The notes below the pieces were generated by a model, which saw nothing but the letters and a program-made list of their open reading frames with translations, did no database searches and was not told the DNA's origin. A DNA stretch of 64,000 bases from an uncultured Chlamydiae bacterium. GTDB lineage: Bacteria; Chlamydiota; Chlamydiia; Chlamydiales; Parachlamydiaceae. The translations under genes were made by a program, and so were the position numbers. The DNA lies in the NCBI GenBank assembly GCA_963830365.1, contig CAWHMU010000041.1, forward strand, positions 32,001-96,000, written 5' to 3'. Each line of letters starts with the position of its first letter. The stretch's first letter is position 1. Of the stretch, positions 10,152 through 20,794 are shown piece by piece.

Positions 10152-10224
10152 TGTGCCAGTCAGGACTCGAACCTGAAACCTTCGGCTTCGGAGGCCGACA
10201 CTCTATCCATTGAGCTACAGGCGC
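10152..10224 (-). tRNA. tRNA-Arg (CCG)
   Basis: Reverse complement GCGCCTGTAGCTCAATGGATAGAGTGTCGGCCTCCGAAGCCGAAGGTTTCAGGTTCGAGTCCTGACTGGCACA; anticodon loop CTCCGAA; no encoded CCA. Confidence 0.93.
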
Positions 10225-10279
10225 GTAATTTTGCGCATAAGAGGACAGTTTAGCAGATATGAGGATTGTTAGCCACTCT

Positions 10280-10441
10280 TTAGGTGGCGATGAGTGAAAG
10301 GATAATAGAGACTAAGAAGAATATGAGAAAGATGAAGAAGAGGATTTTGGCAATTTGTGCTGCCACGCCTTCCACGCCGCGCAATCCAAAGGCGCCGGCA
10401 AGCAAGGCGATGACCAGAAAAATGAGTGACCATGTCAACAT
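10280..10441 (-). CDS. DUF1328 (YtjA-like) small membrane protein, copy 2; not in the ORF track
   Basis: Own translation MLTWSLIFLVIALLAGAFGLRGVEGVAAQIAKILFFIFLIFFLVSIILSLIAT*; purine-rich RBS. Confidence 0.85.
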   Translation of the reverse strand: MLTWSLIFLVIALLAGAFGLRGVEGVAAQIAKILFFIFLIFFLVSIILSLIAT

Positions 10442-10470
10442 AATTTACTTCCCTTTTGGTGTGGTCATCG

Positions 10471-10632
10471 TTACCTTCGCATGCGTCCTGAGATGAACGT
10501 TATCAGGAACAGGATAAGGAAGATCACGAACAGCACCTTGGCGATTTCGGTGGCCGTACCGGCGATCCCGGCAAACCCCAATAGAGCGGCGATGATGGCG
10601 ATGATCAAGAATGTCAGTGCCCAATTTAGCAT
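10471..10632 (-). CDS. DUF1328 (YtjA-like) small membrane protein, copy 1
   Basis: [42 protein letters not shown]. Confidence 0.9.
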   Translation of the reverse strand: MLNWALTFLIIAIIAALLGFAGIAGTATEIAKVLFVIFLILFLITFISGRMRR

Positions 10633-10733
10633 GATAAGACCCCATGATGGCTGTTTACAAATATCAGTATATAAATAAATTTGCTTTTGGCTGTCAATCA
10701 TTAATCTGAAAACCGAATGACCGGCCTATATTC

Positions 10734-11611
10734 CTTGTCGTTACCCACAACTATCAATCGAATATTTTAAGTTCATCACGCAAATGAGTACCTAATTAAC
10801 AAAACTCTAAGAGCAATCTCCATTTTCCTTCTCTGTGCCTCTGTGTCTCGGTGGTGAAGATTTTTGTAACATTTTGATTAATAATGCTATGCCACCAGCA
10901 AGCGGATTTCACCACAGAGGCACAGAGTCACAGAGAAGGTCGGGAAAACCTCAGAGGTATGCATTTGTTTGATGAACCGGTTTTGATTTGTATATTCTCG
11001 ATTTGATTGGTATGGTGCAACAGTAAAGCAGGCGTGTTAAATTAATTTTTACATCAAAAGACCTAATAGATGTCTGCTTCTCTTTTTTCAACCATTTCAA
11101 ACTAAGCCATTTTCCCCATTCTCTAGGACAGGTACTCATTTGCGTGATGAGCCATATTTTATGTCATTTTTCCCCATTATCATCATCGTAGGGAAAATAT
11201 TCGATCACCAAAGTAAAAAGAGAGGAACTCCTACGGAGTTATACAAGAATATGCGTTTTCCCGTAGCTGCGGGTGTCTTCGCTTTCGCTCGTACGCCTTA
11301 GCCACGGGCTACAAAGAGATAAGCTCTGCCAACAATAAAGCTTTGAAATATATTCACAATAAGGTTTATTAATCTACCTTCTCTGCCGCTACATAGGCCA
11401 TGAGTTCTTTTGAGGTCTTGCAGATTGATCTCTTTGTAGCCCGTGGCTAAGGCGTACGAGCGAAAGCGAAGACAGCCGCAACTGCGGGAAAACGAATAAT
11501 TGCATTTAACTCCGTAGGAGTTCCTCTCTTTTTGCTTTCTTGACCGAATAGGCGAGAATGGCCCAAAAAACGACTTAAAATATTCGATTGATAGTTATGG
11601 GTAACGACAAT
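10734..11611. mobile_element. MITE-A copy 1 (~486 bp) carrying a nested MITE-B
   Basis: TIR CTTGTCGTTACCCAYAACTATCAATCG at both ends; flanks CCTATATTC / CCTATATCC (9-bp TSD, 1 mismatch). Confidence 0.9.
10770..11153. mobile_element. MITE-B copy 1 (384 bp)
   Basis: TIR (G)GYTCATCACGCAAATGAGTACCT; 8-bp TSD ATATTTTA (10762-10769, 11154-11161); near-identical inverted copy at 54926-55309. Confidence 0.9.
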
Positions 11612-11802
11612 CCTATATCCTTAAAGTTATGATACATGTTTAAGAGGCTATCTCGGGCCGTCTGATTAAAACTCTAGCAGGTTACCGCCGGTGTCGGCAT
11701 CTATCGCGACGAATCCAACATCCAGATGAGCTGGCAATGTTTTCTTAAGGCGCTTGGCGATAGCCTCGTCGCCGTTACAAAACAGGAAGATCGCAACCGC
11801 GC

Positions 11803-12261
11803 TTAAGCTTTCTTAGCATGCTCAGAAAATGCATTTTTGAAGCTTTCTCCGGCAGACTTTGCTAAAAGGCTTAACCCATCAAGCGGATTAGGCCATTTTG
11901 TCGAGTCTAAATTATTATCTGCGTTAGCTAATCCCACAAGGAGACCCAAGACTAATGCGGGTCCAATTAAAACAGCTGCAGCAAGAGATTTGAATAAACC
12001 GGCAAGAAAATGCCCAATTCCATTTCCGCTAGCTTTGGCGGCACTTTTCAGCTCTGCCGTTTGTTCGCTGCCGGCTGTCTTTGTTGTACTAAAGCTGTCC
12101 CCTGCAGCCTTATTCAACCCGGCTGGAATGCTAGGTTTACCGATGTCCCCCGCTCTGGTGGATGGGTCAGCTTGTGGCTTTGGACGCACTGTAATAAAAC
12201 ATGGCGTACCATCGGCAAACACTTTATAATTCCCACCTCCGGCCCCTTGTATACCATCCAT
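11803..12261 (-). CDS. Hypothetical protein with C-terminal hydrophobic segment (effector-like)
   Basis: GGAGGAG RBS; G/S/P-rich N-terminus; AAAVLIGPALVLGLLVGLA. Confidence 0.7.
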   Translation of the reverse strand: MDGIQGAGGGNYKVFADGTPCFITVRPKPQADPSTRAGDIGKPSIPAGLNKAAGDSFSTTKTAGSEQTAELKSAAKASGNGIGHFLAGLFKSLAAAVLIGPALVLGLLVGLANADNNLDSTKWPNPLDGLSLLAKSAGESFKNAFSEHAKKA

Positions 12262-12279
12262 AACTCCTCCTTAATGCTC

Positions 12280-12975
12280 TTAGGCAGCATTTAATTGTTC
12301 TTCAATCACAGCCAGCCTTGCTTTCAGATCTTCATCACTGTCATAAAGCAAGGGGTCAATGGCTTTGAATATTTCATAAGATTTCTTTGCCGCGTCGGGA
12401 TAGTTGAGAAGGATCAGGCAGCCGATGATATTCACCTGTGCCATCAGATTTTCTGGCTCTATGGACAGGGCGACGTTATATGATTTGAGAGCTTCTTCAT
12501 TTTTTCCAAGATTTTGTTCTGTGATACCCTTTAAGAGCCACATATTGGCATTTTTTGGATTAGTGACCGCCAGGAATGAAAAATATAAGAAAGCTTTCAG
12601 ATAATCGTTTTGATTAAACCAGTTTATGCCCGTTTGGAAAATTAGACTGTTTTCATCGTTGGTAAACATGTTTGAGGTATTGTGTTCGTTTACATTATTT
12701 AACAATCCCGTAACATGGACGTTGGCTTTTTCAAATAAATCTTTGTGATCCATTGCAAATTGACGTCCAAAATCCTGAATGAATTCAAATTGGGAATCTA
12801 GTTCTTTTTGAAATCCGGAGAAGAACTGGTCTTTGCATTCTTTGTTGATCAGCGAGAAATTCGCAGCCCCTTGGGGCGATAAATTTATTCTTTTGCAAAC
12901 AGCTTCATCGATCTGTTCCTGAACTGTCTTGAATGCATTTAGTTCCATCTCTGATAATTCCGGCTTTTTATCCAT
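12280..12975 (-). CDS. TPR protein resembling SycD/LcrH class II T3SS chaperones
   Basis: GINWFNQNDYLKA..YFSFLAVTNP.N..MWL..G...Q..G..EEAL..Y..AL...PEN. Confidence 0.65.
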   Translation of the reverse strand: MDKKPELSEMELNAFKTVQEQIDEAVCKRINLSPQGAANFSLINKECKDQFFSGFQKELDSQFEFIQDFGRQFAMDHKDLFEKANVHVTGLLNNVNEHNTSNMFTNDENSLIFQTGINWFNQNDYLKAFLYFSFLAVTNPKNANMWLLKGITEQNLGKNEEALKSYNVALSIEPENLMAQVNIIGCLILLNYPDAAKKSYEIFKAIDPLLYDSDEDLKARLAVIEEQLNAA

Positions 12976-13389
12976 TTTGCACCTCTAATATTTTAATTCG
13001 CTGTGCTAGACATTTAAGCTAATGCGTCATGTTGAACTGAATGACGTTTCCCAATTCTGGATTTACTTCGATAACGCACTCATAATTTAATTTACTTGCC
13101 GATACGATGTATCTAATTTAATAATAACATTTAATTTAAATTTAACAATAGTAGTATATTGTTTTTTTTGTTGGTTTATTGTTTATGTGCTTTCTCTAAC
13201 GACTAAACCTCCGAAACCATCTGCTCTATCTGCTCCTTCTGGGGCTACCCCGTTTGGTCTGAAGTGCCGGCTTAGCCTATGCCAAAAAAATTTATGCTTT
13301 TGATTTTTCTTATTTTTGTGTTACCTTGTTAAGATTCAAGAGCCTTTAGCATACATTTTGAAAAAAACGCCATAACCACATAGAGCATA

Positions 13390-15905
13390 ATGGACAAACG
13401 TACCCTCTTTTTTGTGTTAGCACTGACGCTATCCCTTTACGGTGTAAATATCTTTTTCGACCAGCGCAATACGGAGAGCCTGCGCCAGTGGAAGCAGGAA
13501 CAAACCGCCAAAAGCGAAGAAAAGCTTAAAAAGTTAAGCAAAGAGGTGGAATTGCGCACCGTCAAAGCCAGCGCTTTGCCGGCCGTTGTGCTGTATGGCG
13601 ATGCCGAAGGCACGCACCCCCTAGCCGATGCTGTGCAAACAGACAAGGCCATACTTGTGTTGGCATGGAGCCACGAGCTGCCCAAAACTGTCTATGCCAA
13701 AGCCCTGGATAGCCAGGATAAAGCCGTCGCTTATGTACTGGCTTCAGTAAATGCGCAGGTGGGAACCCCGGCTATTTACCGTCAAAATGCCACCGCTACC
13801 CTGCGCATCGGCGAACTGCCTGAGGTTGGCAAATATGATTTGCAATTACTTGTTATGCCCCAGCCAGGCGATATCCTTTCCCCGACGGTATATCTCGGCG
13901 AATACATGGATGGACATCTGGAAATTCCTGCCGATAAAATCAGCGCCCTGCAAAACGAGATAAAAGGGGAGTCTGCCGCCACCGCCTACTTTAACGGCGA
14001 AGCCATCGTACTTATTAAAACCCTGGAAGGCTACCTACCGGTCGCCGTCTATCGCAGCGAAAACAAATCCTTAGAACCGTTGGATGTTTTGCCAGGCCTG
14101 TCCAAATTAGTCAGTAAGTCTCAGCAGAAGACGGCAGTGGCGACCAATCAAAAGGGCGTCGAGAAATTCTATGTGCTGGAAACTCCCTATCAGCAGCTGG
14201 TCTTCTCAAACTATGGTGCCGCGTTGGCCGAGATTAATCTGCCTTTCCATAGCAAAGAAGATCAATTCAGCGTCGTCAAGGAAATCGAATTCGATCGCGA
14301 CATGGTGGAGCACCATCCCTACAATGCACATTTCCCGGCCCACGCCTACTTCACTGCCGGAGATAATGCCAAAGAAAACTTTGTCGTCAATCCCAAGGGA
14401 CAATTGGGCGGTTACTATCCGTTGCTGCGCCGCGACCTCATCGAAAAAGACAAGCGCAAGTCCGTACGCATTCTGCCGCGCTATTATGCCCTAAATATCG
14501 TTTCTGAATATCCCGAAACAGCCGAACTGATCTATGAAGTAAAAAGCTTCACCAAAGATACCATCGTTTTTGAAGCCGTACAAGCCCATCGCCGCATCAC
14601 CAAGACCTTCTCGGTGGCAAGCGAAGCCCAGGCTCCCTATTGCATCGATCTCACCATCGCCATCGAAGGCGATAGCCGCGGGCTGTGGGTAACTTCCGGC
14701 GTGCCGGAGGTGGAATGGATTTCCGGCGCCCCTGCGCCGGCCCTGAAATATAGAATCACGCGCAACCAAAAGTCTGAAGTCGAAGTCATCGATCCGCCTA
14801 AAGATTCACTGACGGTAAGCTCGACAATCTCGACTGGGTATGCACATCAAACGGCTTTTTAGGCGTGATCCTGGATCCTTTGAGTGAAAGCGATGGCGGC
14901 TATCGCGCCCAGCATATAGCAGGCACGGTGGTGCCTTCACGCCTAGTCGAGATCGGCCAGGAATACAAACGTTTTGAAGCCGAAGCCATGCCTGGATATA
15001 TGCTGATGCTGCCATTGAAAAGCAGCGGCGGCAGCATGCGTTTTCGCGTATTTGCCGGGCCTTTTGCCGATGGGGTCCTTAAGACCGTTGATAAGGTCTA
15101 TTCAAATCCCGCCACAGGCTATAATCCCGATTATATTGCCTGCCAGAGTTTTCATGGCTGGTTTGCCTTCATCTCTGAGCCGTTTGCCAAATTCCTGTTT
15201 GTGCTGATGAATTTCTTCCACGCCGTGACAGGCTCTTGGGCACTGTCCATCGTGCTGCTGACGGTGGCCCTGCGCGTCATGCTGTATCCTCTCAACGCCT
15301 GGTCTACCAAGTCTATGGTACGCATGCAGCAGATCGCGCCTGAAGTGACAGCTATCCAGGAAAGGCACAAAAAGGATCCGAAAAAGGCGCAGCTGGAGAT
15401 CATGAATCTCTACCGAGAAAAGGGCGTCAACCCCGTATCGGGTTGTTTTCCGCTGCTGATACAGATGCCGTTTTTGATCGGCATGTTCGATCTGCTTAAA
15501 TCCACTTTTGAGCTGCGCGGCGCAAGCTTCATCCCGGGATGGATTGACAATTTGACATCTCCCGACGTGTTGTTCAGCTGGAGCCGGCCGTTGCCGCTCA
15601 TCGGCAACCAGTTTCACCTGTTGCCGGTACTGCTGGGTATTGTCATGCTGTTGCAGCAGCGCTTTATGTCGACCGCCCCTACCGATCCTGCGCTCATGAC
15701 AGAGCAGCAGCGCCAGCAGAAGTTTATGGGCAATATCATGGCTGTCGTCTTCGCGGTCATGTTTTACAGCTTCCCATCGGGCCTAAATATCTACTGGCTA
15801 TCATCAATGCTGCTGGGGATCTTGCAGCAGTGGTGGACGGCCAGAAGCCTGAAAATTGTCAAAGTGGCTAGTGCGCCGATTGTCGTGAAGACCACTAAAA
15901 AGTAG
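13390..15905 (+). CDS. yidC: Membrane protein insertase YidC (long chlamydial type), frameshift near 14828
   Basis: MDKRTLFFV N-terminus; C-terminal SIVLLT..LRV...PL, GCFPLLIQMP, PSGLNIYW; the frames join as ...VSST/LDWVCTSNGFLGVILDP. Confidence 0.92.
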
Positions 15906-15921
15906 GGAGATAGTTATCTCA

Positions 15922-15952
15922 GGTTGCTGAGCTCGCAAGCAGAGCTCAGCAA
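15922..15952. other. Hairpin between yidC and dnaA
   Basis: GTTGCTGAGCTC-GCAAGCA-GAGCTCAGCAAC; no T-run. Confidence 0.55.
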
Positions 15953-15983
15953 CAAACGGCCATAGTGACTTAGAGGTTAGCAG

Positions 15984-17372
15984 ATGCATGCCTGGGAAAA
16001 TTTCGTTAAGGCTCAAGAAGCAGAATTAGGGGGCGAGACCGTCCAAAAGTGGTTAAAGACCATTACCGTGGTGCGCTTTGATGCCTGCAATCTATATTTG
16101 GAGGCCAAAGACACATTTCAGGCGATGTGGTTTGAAGAGCATATCCGCCAAAAAGTGCAGACGAAATTAGTCAATAACAACAATAAGCGCATTAAAGTCC
16201 ATCTGGCAGTGGCCAATGTGCCTGCCAAGGCCAAAACGCGCACCACGAAAGCAAAACAGCCGGCCGAGGCTGTCCGCGCCTCGATTTCCCTGGCTTTCGA
16301 TGAATTGGATCCTCAATGCACATTTGACAGCTTTGTTACTTCGCCGGCCAATCAGCTGACCTATAAGGTTTTCAGTCAGATTGCCGGTGTCGCCCCGCCG
16401 GATCAAAAAATCGATGTAGCCTTGGCGGCGCTGAATCCGGTGTATGTGCATGGGGGTTCAGGTTCCGGCAAAACACATCTGCTGATGGCCACCGCCAATG
16501 CGCTGCGCCAACAGGGCTATCATGTGCTTTACTCCCGGGCGCACACCTTTACGGATCATGTAGTCGCGGCGATCAGGGCCGGGGAGATGAGCGTCTTCCG
16601 GCAGGCGTACCGCAATAGCGATGTGCTGATTATCGATGATGTGCATGTGTTTTCGCGCAAAGGGGCCACCCAGGAAGAGTTTTTTCATACGTTTAACACG
16701 TTGCATGTCGCCGGCAAGCAGATTATTCTAAGCGCTAACTGCGCCCCAGGAGAACTGCAGCTGATCGAGCCGCGCCTGGTCAGCCGCTTTGAATGGGGGA
16801 TCGTACTGCAGCTGGAGACGGCCTCGCGCGAAGAATCATCTCAAATTCTGACAGCCAAAGCCACCGCCATGCAGTTTCCGCTGCATCCGAAGGTGCTCGA
16901 ATTCCTGCTGGATTCTTTTTCCTCTACTAAGGCCCTAAGCAAAGCCTTTGATGCGCTCGTTCTGCGCTCACATATGAATCAAGGCGGCGGAAAATTCTCG
17001 CCGGCGCACCTCACGCTGCCGATGGCTACCCAGCTGCTCGGCGATTTGCTGGCCGAAGAGCAGCGGGCGGCTTTAACCCCTGCCAGGATCATCGGGGGGG
17101 TGGCGGAGTTTTTTGGCATCCGTCCTGAGGATGTTGTCGGTAAGGCTCAAACGCGCGACTGCGTTTTGCCACGCCAAATCTCGATGCACCTGTGCCGTTT
17201 CCAGCTGAATTTGCCCTACGTGAAAATCGGCGATCTTTTTGGCAAAGACCATTCGACGGTGATGTCGAGCGTAAAACTCATCCAAAGAGCGATTGAAGGT
17301 GATGATCCGGAGATTGCCGCTCCCTATCGCGTCATTTTAAAAAAGATCAAAGAGCCGACAAATAACAGCTAA
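15984..17372 (+). CDS. dnaA: Chromosomal replication initiator DnaA
   Basis: GGSGSGKTHLL, LIIDDVH, TQEEFFHTFN, RLVSRFEWG, GKDHSTV. Confidence 0.96.
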   Translation: MHAWENFVKAQEAELGGETVQKWLKTITVVRFDACNLYLEAKDTFQAMWFEEHIRQKVQTKLVNNNNKRIKVHLAVANVPAKAKTRTTKAKQPAEAVRASISLAFDELDPQCTFDSFVTSPANQLTYKVFSQIAGVAPPDQKIDVALAALNPVYVHGGSGSGKTHLLMATANALRQQGYHVLYSRAHTFTDHVVAAIRAGEMSVFRQAYRNSDVLIIDDVHVFSRKGATQEEFFHTFNTLHVAGKQIILSANCAPGELQLIEPRLVSRFEWGIVLQLETASREESSQILTAKATAMQFPLHPKVLEFLLDSFSSTKALSKAFDALVLRSHMNQGGGKFSPAHLTLPMATQLLGDLLAEEQRAALTPARIIGGVAEFFGIRPEDVVGKAQTRDCVLPRQISMHLCRFQLNLPYVKIGDLFGKDHSTVMSSVKLIQRAIEGDDPEIAAPYRVILKKIKEPTNNS

Positions 17373-17420
17373 AGGTCTAATTTCAACACAAGCAAATAGC
17401 CAAGAGGCTAAAAGATGGCA

Positions 17421-17559
17421 ATTCACCACAGAGACACCGAGACACAGAGAAGCAAGCAGCAATAAAAAGCTAAGCTTTCATTTCCTTTGCTGTATCCTGT
17501 CTATCCTATCATCTTGTTATATTGCAGCTTCTCTTTGTCTCGGTGCCTCTGTGGTGAAT
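17421..17559. repeat. REP-like inverted doublet (TTCACCACAGAG family)
   Basis: ATTCACCACAGAGACACCGAGACACAGAGAAGC ... GCTTCTCTTTGTCTCGGTGCCTCTGTGGTGAAT. Confidence 0.85.
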
Positions 17560-17686
17560 CGTCTACACTTTCTTTCATAACGTCCCACTCAGCATCACTT
17601 CGAAATCTCAGATCATGAAGCTATCCTTGAACAAAATGCGCGATGATCATATTATCCTATGAAACGGCAGTTAGGAGTCCGGTAAT

Positions 17687-19725
17687 ATGATTGAAACACG
17701 CACTTTAGGCGACTACACCTTGATCAAACAAGTGGGTCAAGGTTCGCTGGGATCGGTATTCCTGGCCGAACATCGCTTCATGAAACGGCAATACGTGCTT
17801 AAAATCCTTCCCGAAGAGCTTGCTGCCGATCGAAGCTTCACCCAGCGTTTCGAAGATGAAGTCGGCATGCTGGCGACGCTTGAACATCCCCACATTGTGA
17901 AAATGCATACGGTTTCGTTTGCACAAGGGCAATATTTCCTCGTGACCGATTGTGTGGTCGATGAATTCGGCGAAACCACGAACCTGGCTCAATACATGCT
18001 CTCAAGAGGCAAGCGTTTTGATGAAGAGACGCTTTTCCGCCTGCTGCGCCAAATTGCCGAGGCTTTGGATTATGCCCACGCCAAGAAAGGCAATAGCAAA
18101 GGGATTGTCCACCGCAATCTAAAGCTCAATAATATCCTGGTTGCCAAAGGGAGGGATGCATCGATCTGATGATTTCAGATTTCGGTCTTTCCCGCATCAT
18201 CGGCACAGGGGCTGTGCTTACGCGCACCTACAAAACTGTCGCCGAAGCTCTCGGCATCGCCGGCGCCCTCTATGGGGCAAAGACAGGGCAGGAACGCTAT
18301 CCACATCCACCGATCGAGACACAAAAGCTCATCCCGCTACATGCTTCCTTTCTGCAAAACTACGCCTTCCTTGCCCCCGAACAGCGCCGCCTTGACCATG
18401 CCGTGCCTGTCGATGTCAAAGCCGATGTCTATGCCTTCGGCGTACTGGTCTATTATCTGCTGATGGGCGATTTTCCAGAAGGCTACTTCGATCTGCCATC
18501 GACAAATATTCAAGAGGGGAGTTGGGATTGGGATCCGCTGATAAAGGCCTGCCTGCATACCGATCCTGCCAAGCGTCCCGAAAGCCTTGTGCTGTTGCTT
18601 GATAATGTGCGCCAGCATGCCAAAGGACTAGCGGCTAAAGAAGTCCAGCCGGAACAAATTGTCGCAGAAGAGATTGCGCCTGTCGCCATGCCTGTCGCCA
18701 TACCTGTGCCCGACCTTTTTGATGCGCTGGAGATACCTTTGACCGAACAGCTCGTTGAACAGGTGATGTCGCCATCGCAAATAGAACCTGCCCATTTGTG
18801 TGCCGTCGAAACAAATGCTAAAATGGAAGTTTTGCAGGCCAGTAATTTTACACAAAGCCCGCCACATGCACCTTTAAAGCCTATCATACGCACCACCCAG
18901 CTAGAACGTCCGATGACAGATCCCGATCCTGCCTCGGCCTTTCTGATCGACACCACCGTGAAGCACTATACGCCGGAACGCAAAGAGGACAAAAATATTC
19001 AGCCGCTGCTGACAGATATGGTCGTGATTCCGGGTGGCAATTTCCACCGCGGCAGCAAAGACGGCAACCGCGACGAGATGCCGCGCCATCAAATCACCCT
19101 GTCCAGCTTCGCTATCGATATCCATCCGATCACAAATGAGCAATTCGTGCGTTTCCTCGAGGTGATGGGGGGGGAGAAAGACAACAACCACCAGGATATC
19201 ATCCGGATGCGCGATTCGCGCATCAAACGCAGCGGCGGCAGGCTGAGCATCGAGTCGGGATATACCAAGCATCCTGTCGTCGGCGTCACCTGGTATGGGG
19301 CCATCGCCTATGCCAAATGGATCGGCAAGCGTTTGCCTACTGAGGCCGAATGGGAAGTGGCCGCGCGCGGCGGAATGGAAAACGTTCTGTATGCCACCGG
19401 CGAAGATATTGAAAAAACGCAGGCCAACTTCTTCAGTTTCGATACCACTGCCGTCATGAGCTATGCCCCAAATGACTATGAGCTGTATGATATGGCGGGA
19501 AATGTGTACGAATGGTGCTACGATTGGTATGGATACAACTACTACGAAGTGTCCGTGCAAGAGCCTGAAAATCCCAAAGGTCCTTTACAGGGGGTCTACC
19601 GCGTGCTGCGCGGCGGCTGTTGGAAGAGCCTGAAGGAAGATCTGCGCTGCTCCCGCCGCCACCGCAATAATCCAGGCACGGTCAACGGCACCTATGGTTT
19701 CCGCTGCGCCGCCGATGTCCAATAG
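17687..19725 (+). CDS. pkn1: Ser/Thr kinase Pkn1 with C-terminal FGE-sulfatase domain; frameshift near 18158
   Basis: GQGSLG, VHRNLKLNN, SDFG, APE; HPVVGVTW, RLPTEAEWE, DMAGNVYEWC, GFRCA. Confidence 0.88.
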
Positions 19726-19735
19726 GGAGGATGCC

Positions 19736-20221
19736 ATGATCTCTGTCCTTTTTGTTTGCCTCGGTAATATATGCCGCTCACCAGCCGCCGAAGGTGTGCT
19801 GCGCCATCTCGTCGAGAAGGATTTGCCGGGCACGGGTATCCATATCGAAAGCTGCGGCCTTGGCGATTGGCATAAAGGCAGTTTGCCCGATGAGCGCATG
19901 CGCCAAGCAGCCCAAAATAGGGGTTTTACACTGGTCAGCCGCGCCCAGAAAATCCATCCCTCATTTTTTGATCGTTTCGATCTGATCCTAGTCGCTGATC
20001 TTAAGGTGTTAAATGATTTGTATCACTATGCCGTAACGCCGGCCTATAAGGCCAAACTGCATCTCATCACACACTATAGCCCTAGTTACCGCGATCAGGA
20101 AATCCCCGATCCCTACTACGAAGGCGAAGCCGCCTTTGAACATGTGTTGAATATGGTCGAAGACTCCTGCCAAGGCCTGCTCGACCATCTCAAAAACGTC
20201 CCGCGTCAAGCAAGACTATGA
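19736..20221 (+). CDS. Low-molecular-weight protein tyrosine phosphatase
   Basis: VCLGNICRSP, IPDPYY; GGAGG RBS before ATG 19736. Confidence 0.95.
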   Translation: MISVLFVCLGNICRSPAAEGVLRHLVEKDLPGTGIHIESCGLGDWHKGSLPDERMRQAAQNRGFTLVSRAQKIHPSFFDRFDLILVADLKVLNDLYHYAVTPAYKAKLHLITHYSPSYRDQEIPDPYYEGEAAFEHVLNMVEDSCQGLLDHLKNVPRQARL

Positions 20222-20257
20222 AAACTCATCAGGCGTATTTTTGCAACTCCCTATATC

Positions 20258-20556
20258 GAGACAATTGCATAAGTGACAATAAAATATTTATAACATGAAT
20301 TTATTGCCTTTTCCCTAAAAAAACACGGATTTTTGGGAAAGGTTCAAAAGCAGGTAATACTCAAAAAATACTAAGACGTTTCATGGCCATTCTACAATCT
20401 TGTTTTTTCGTTAGTGTAACCGACATTTCTCTTTTTTTAAACCATGCCGATTTTTGAGTATTTTGAGCGTTCTAGGATAGATTCTTTTCGATCCCGGATA
20501 TGATTGGCTTCCAAAGAATCGCTGTATAACACGCAAAACACTTCTGCAATTGCCTC
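20258..20556. mobile_element. 299-bp MITE / internally deleted IS
   Basis: TIRs GAGACAATTGCATAAGTG / CACTTCTGCAATTGCCTC; 4-bp TSD TATC on both sides. Confidence 0.75.
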
Positions 20557-20794
20557 TATCGAGGCTAACAAGACTTTCTGTGCTAGAAGTCCGATTTGTT
20601 CAAAGAGAATCTTACAAACATATTGTTAATTCACGTTTTTCAACCAGCCATTATTAAGTCTTTTTGACGAATCCTCTGGGACTGGTAAGCGATATTGCGA
20701 AGAACCAAAATCTGTTGTTTTTTCCGCTACAAATAGTTATACTATAACTATATGAATAAATTAATATCGAACTAATTTTAATCTGGTTTTTTTT

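Noticed and set aside
15906..17686. oriC next to dnaA
   Set aside because: No cluster of DnaA boxes seen; the flanks are a short hairpin and a REP doublet.
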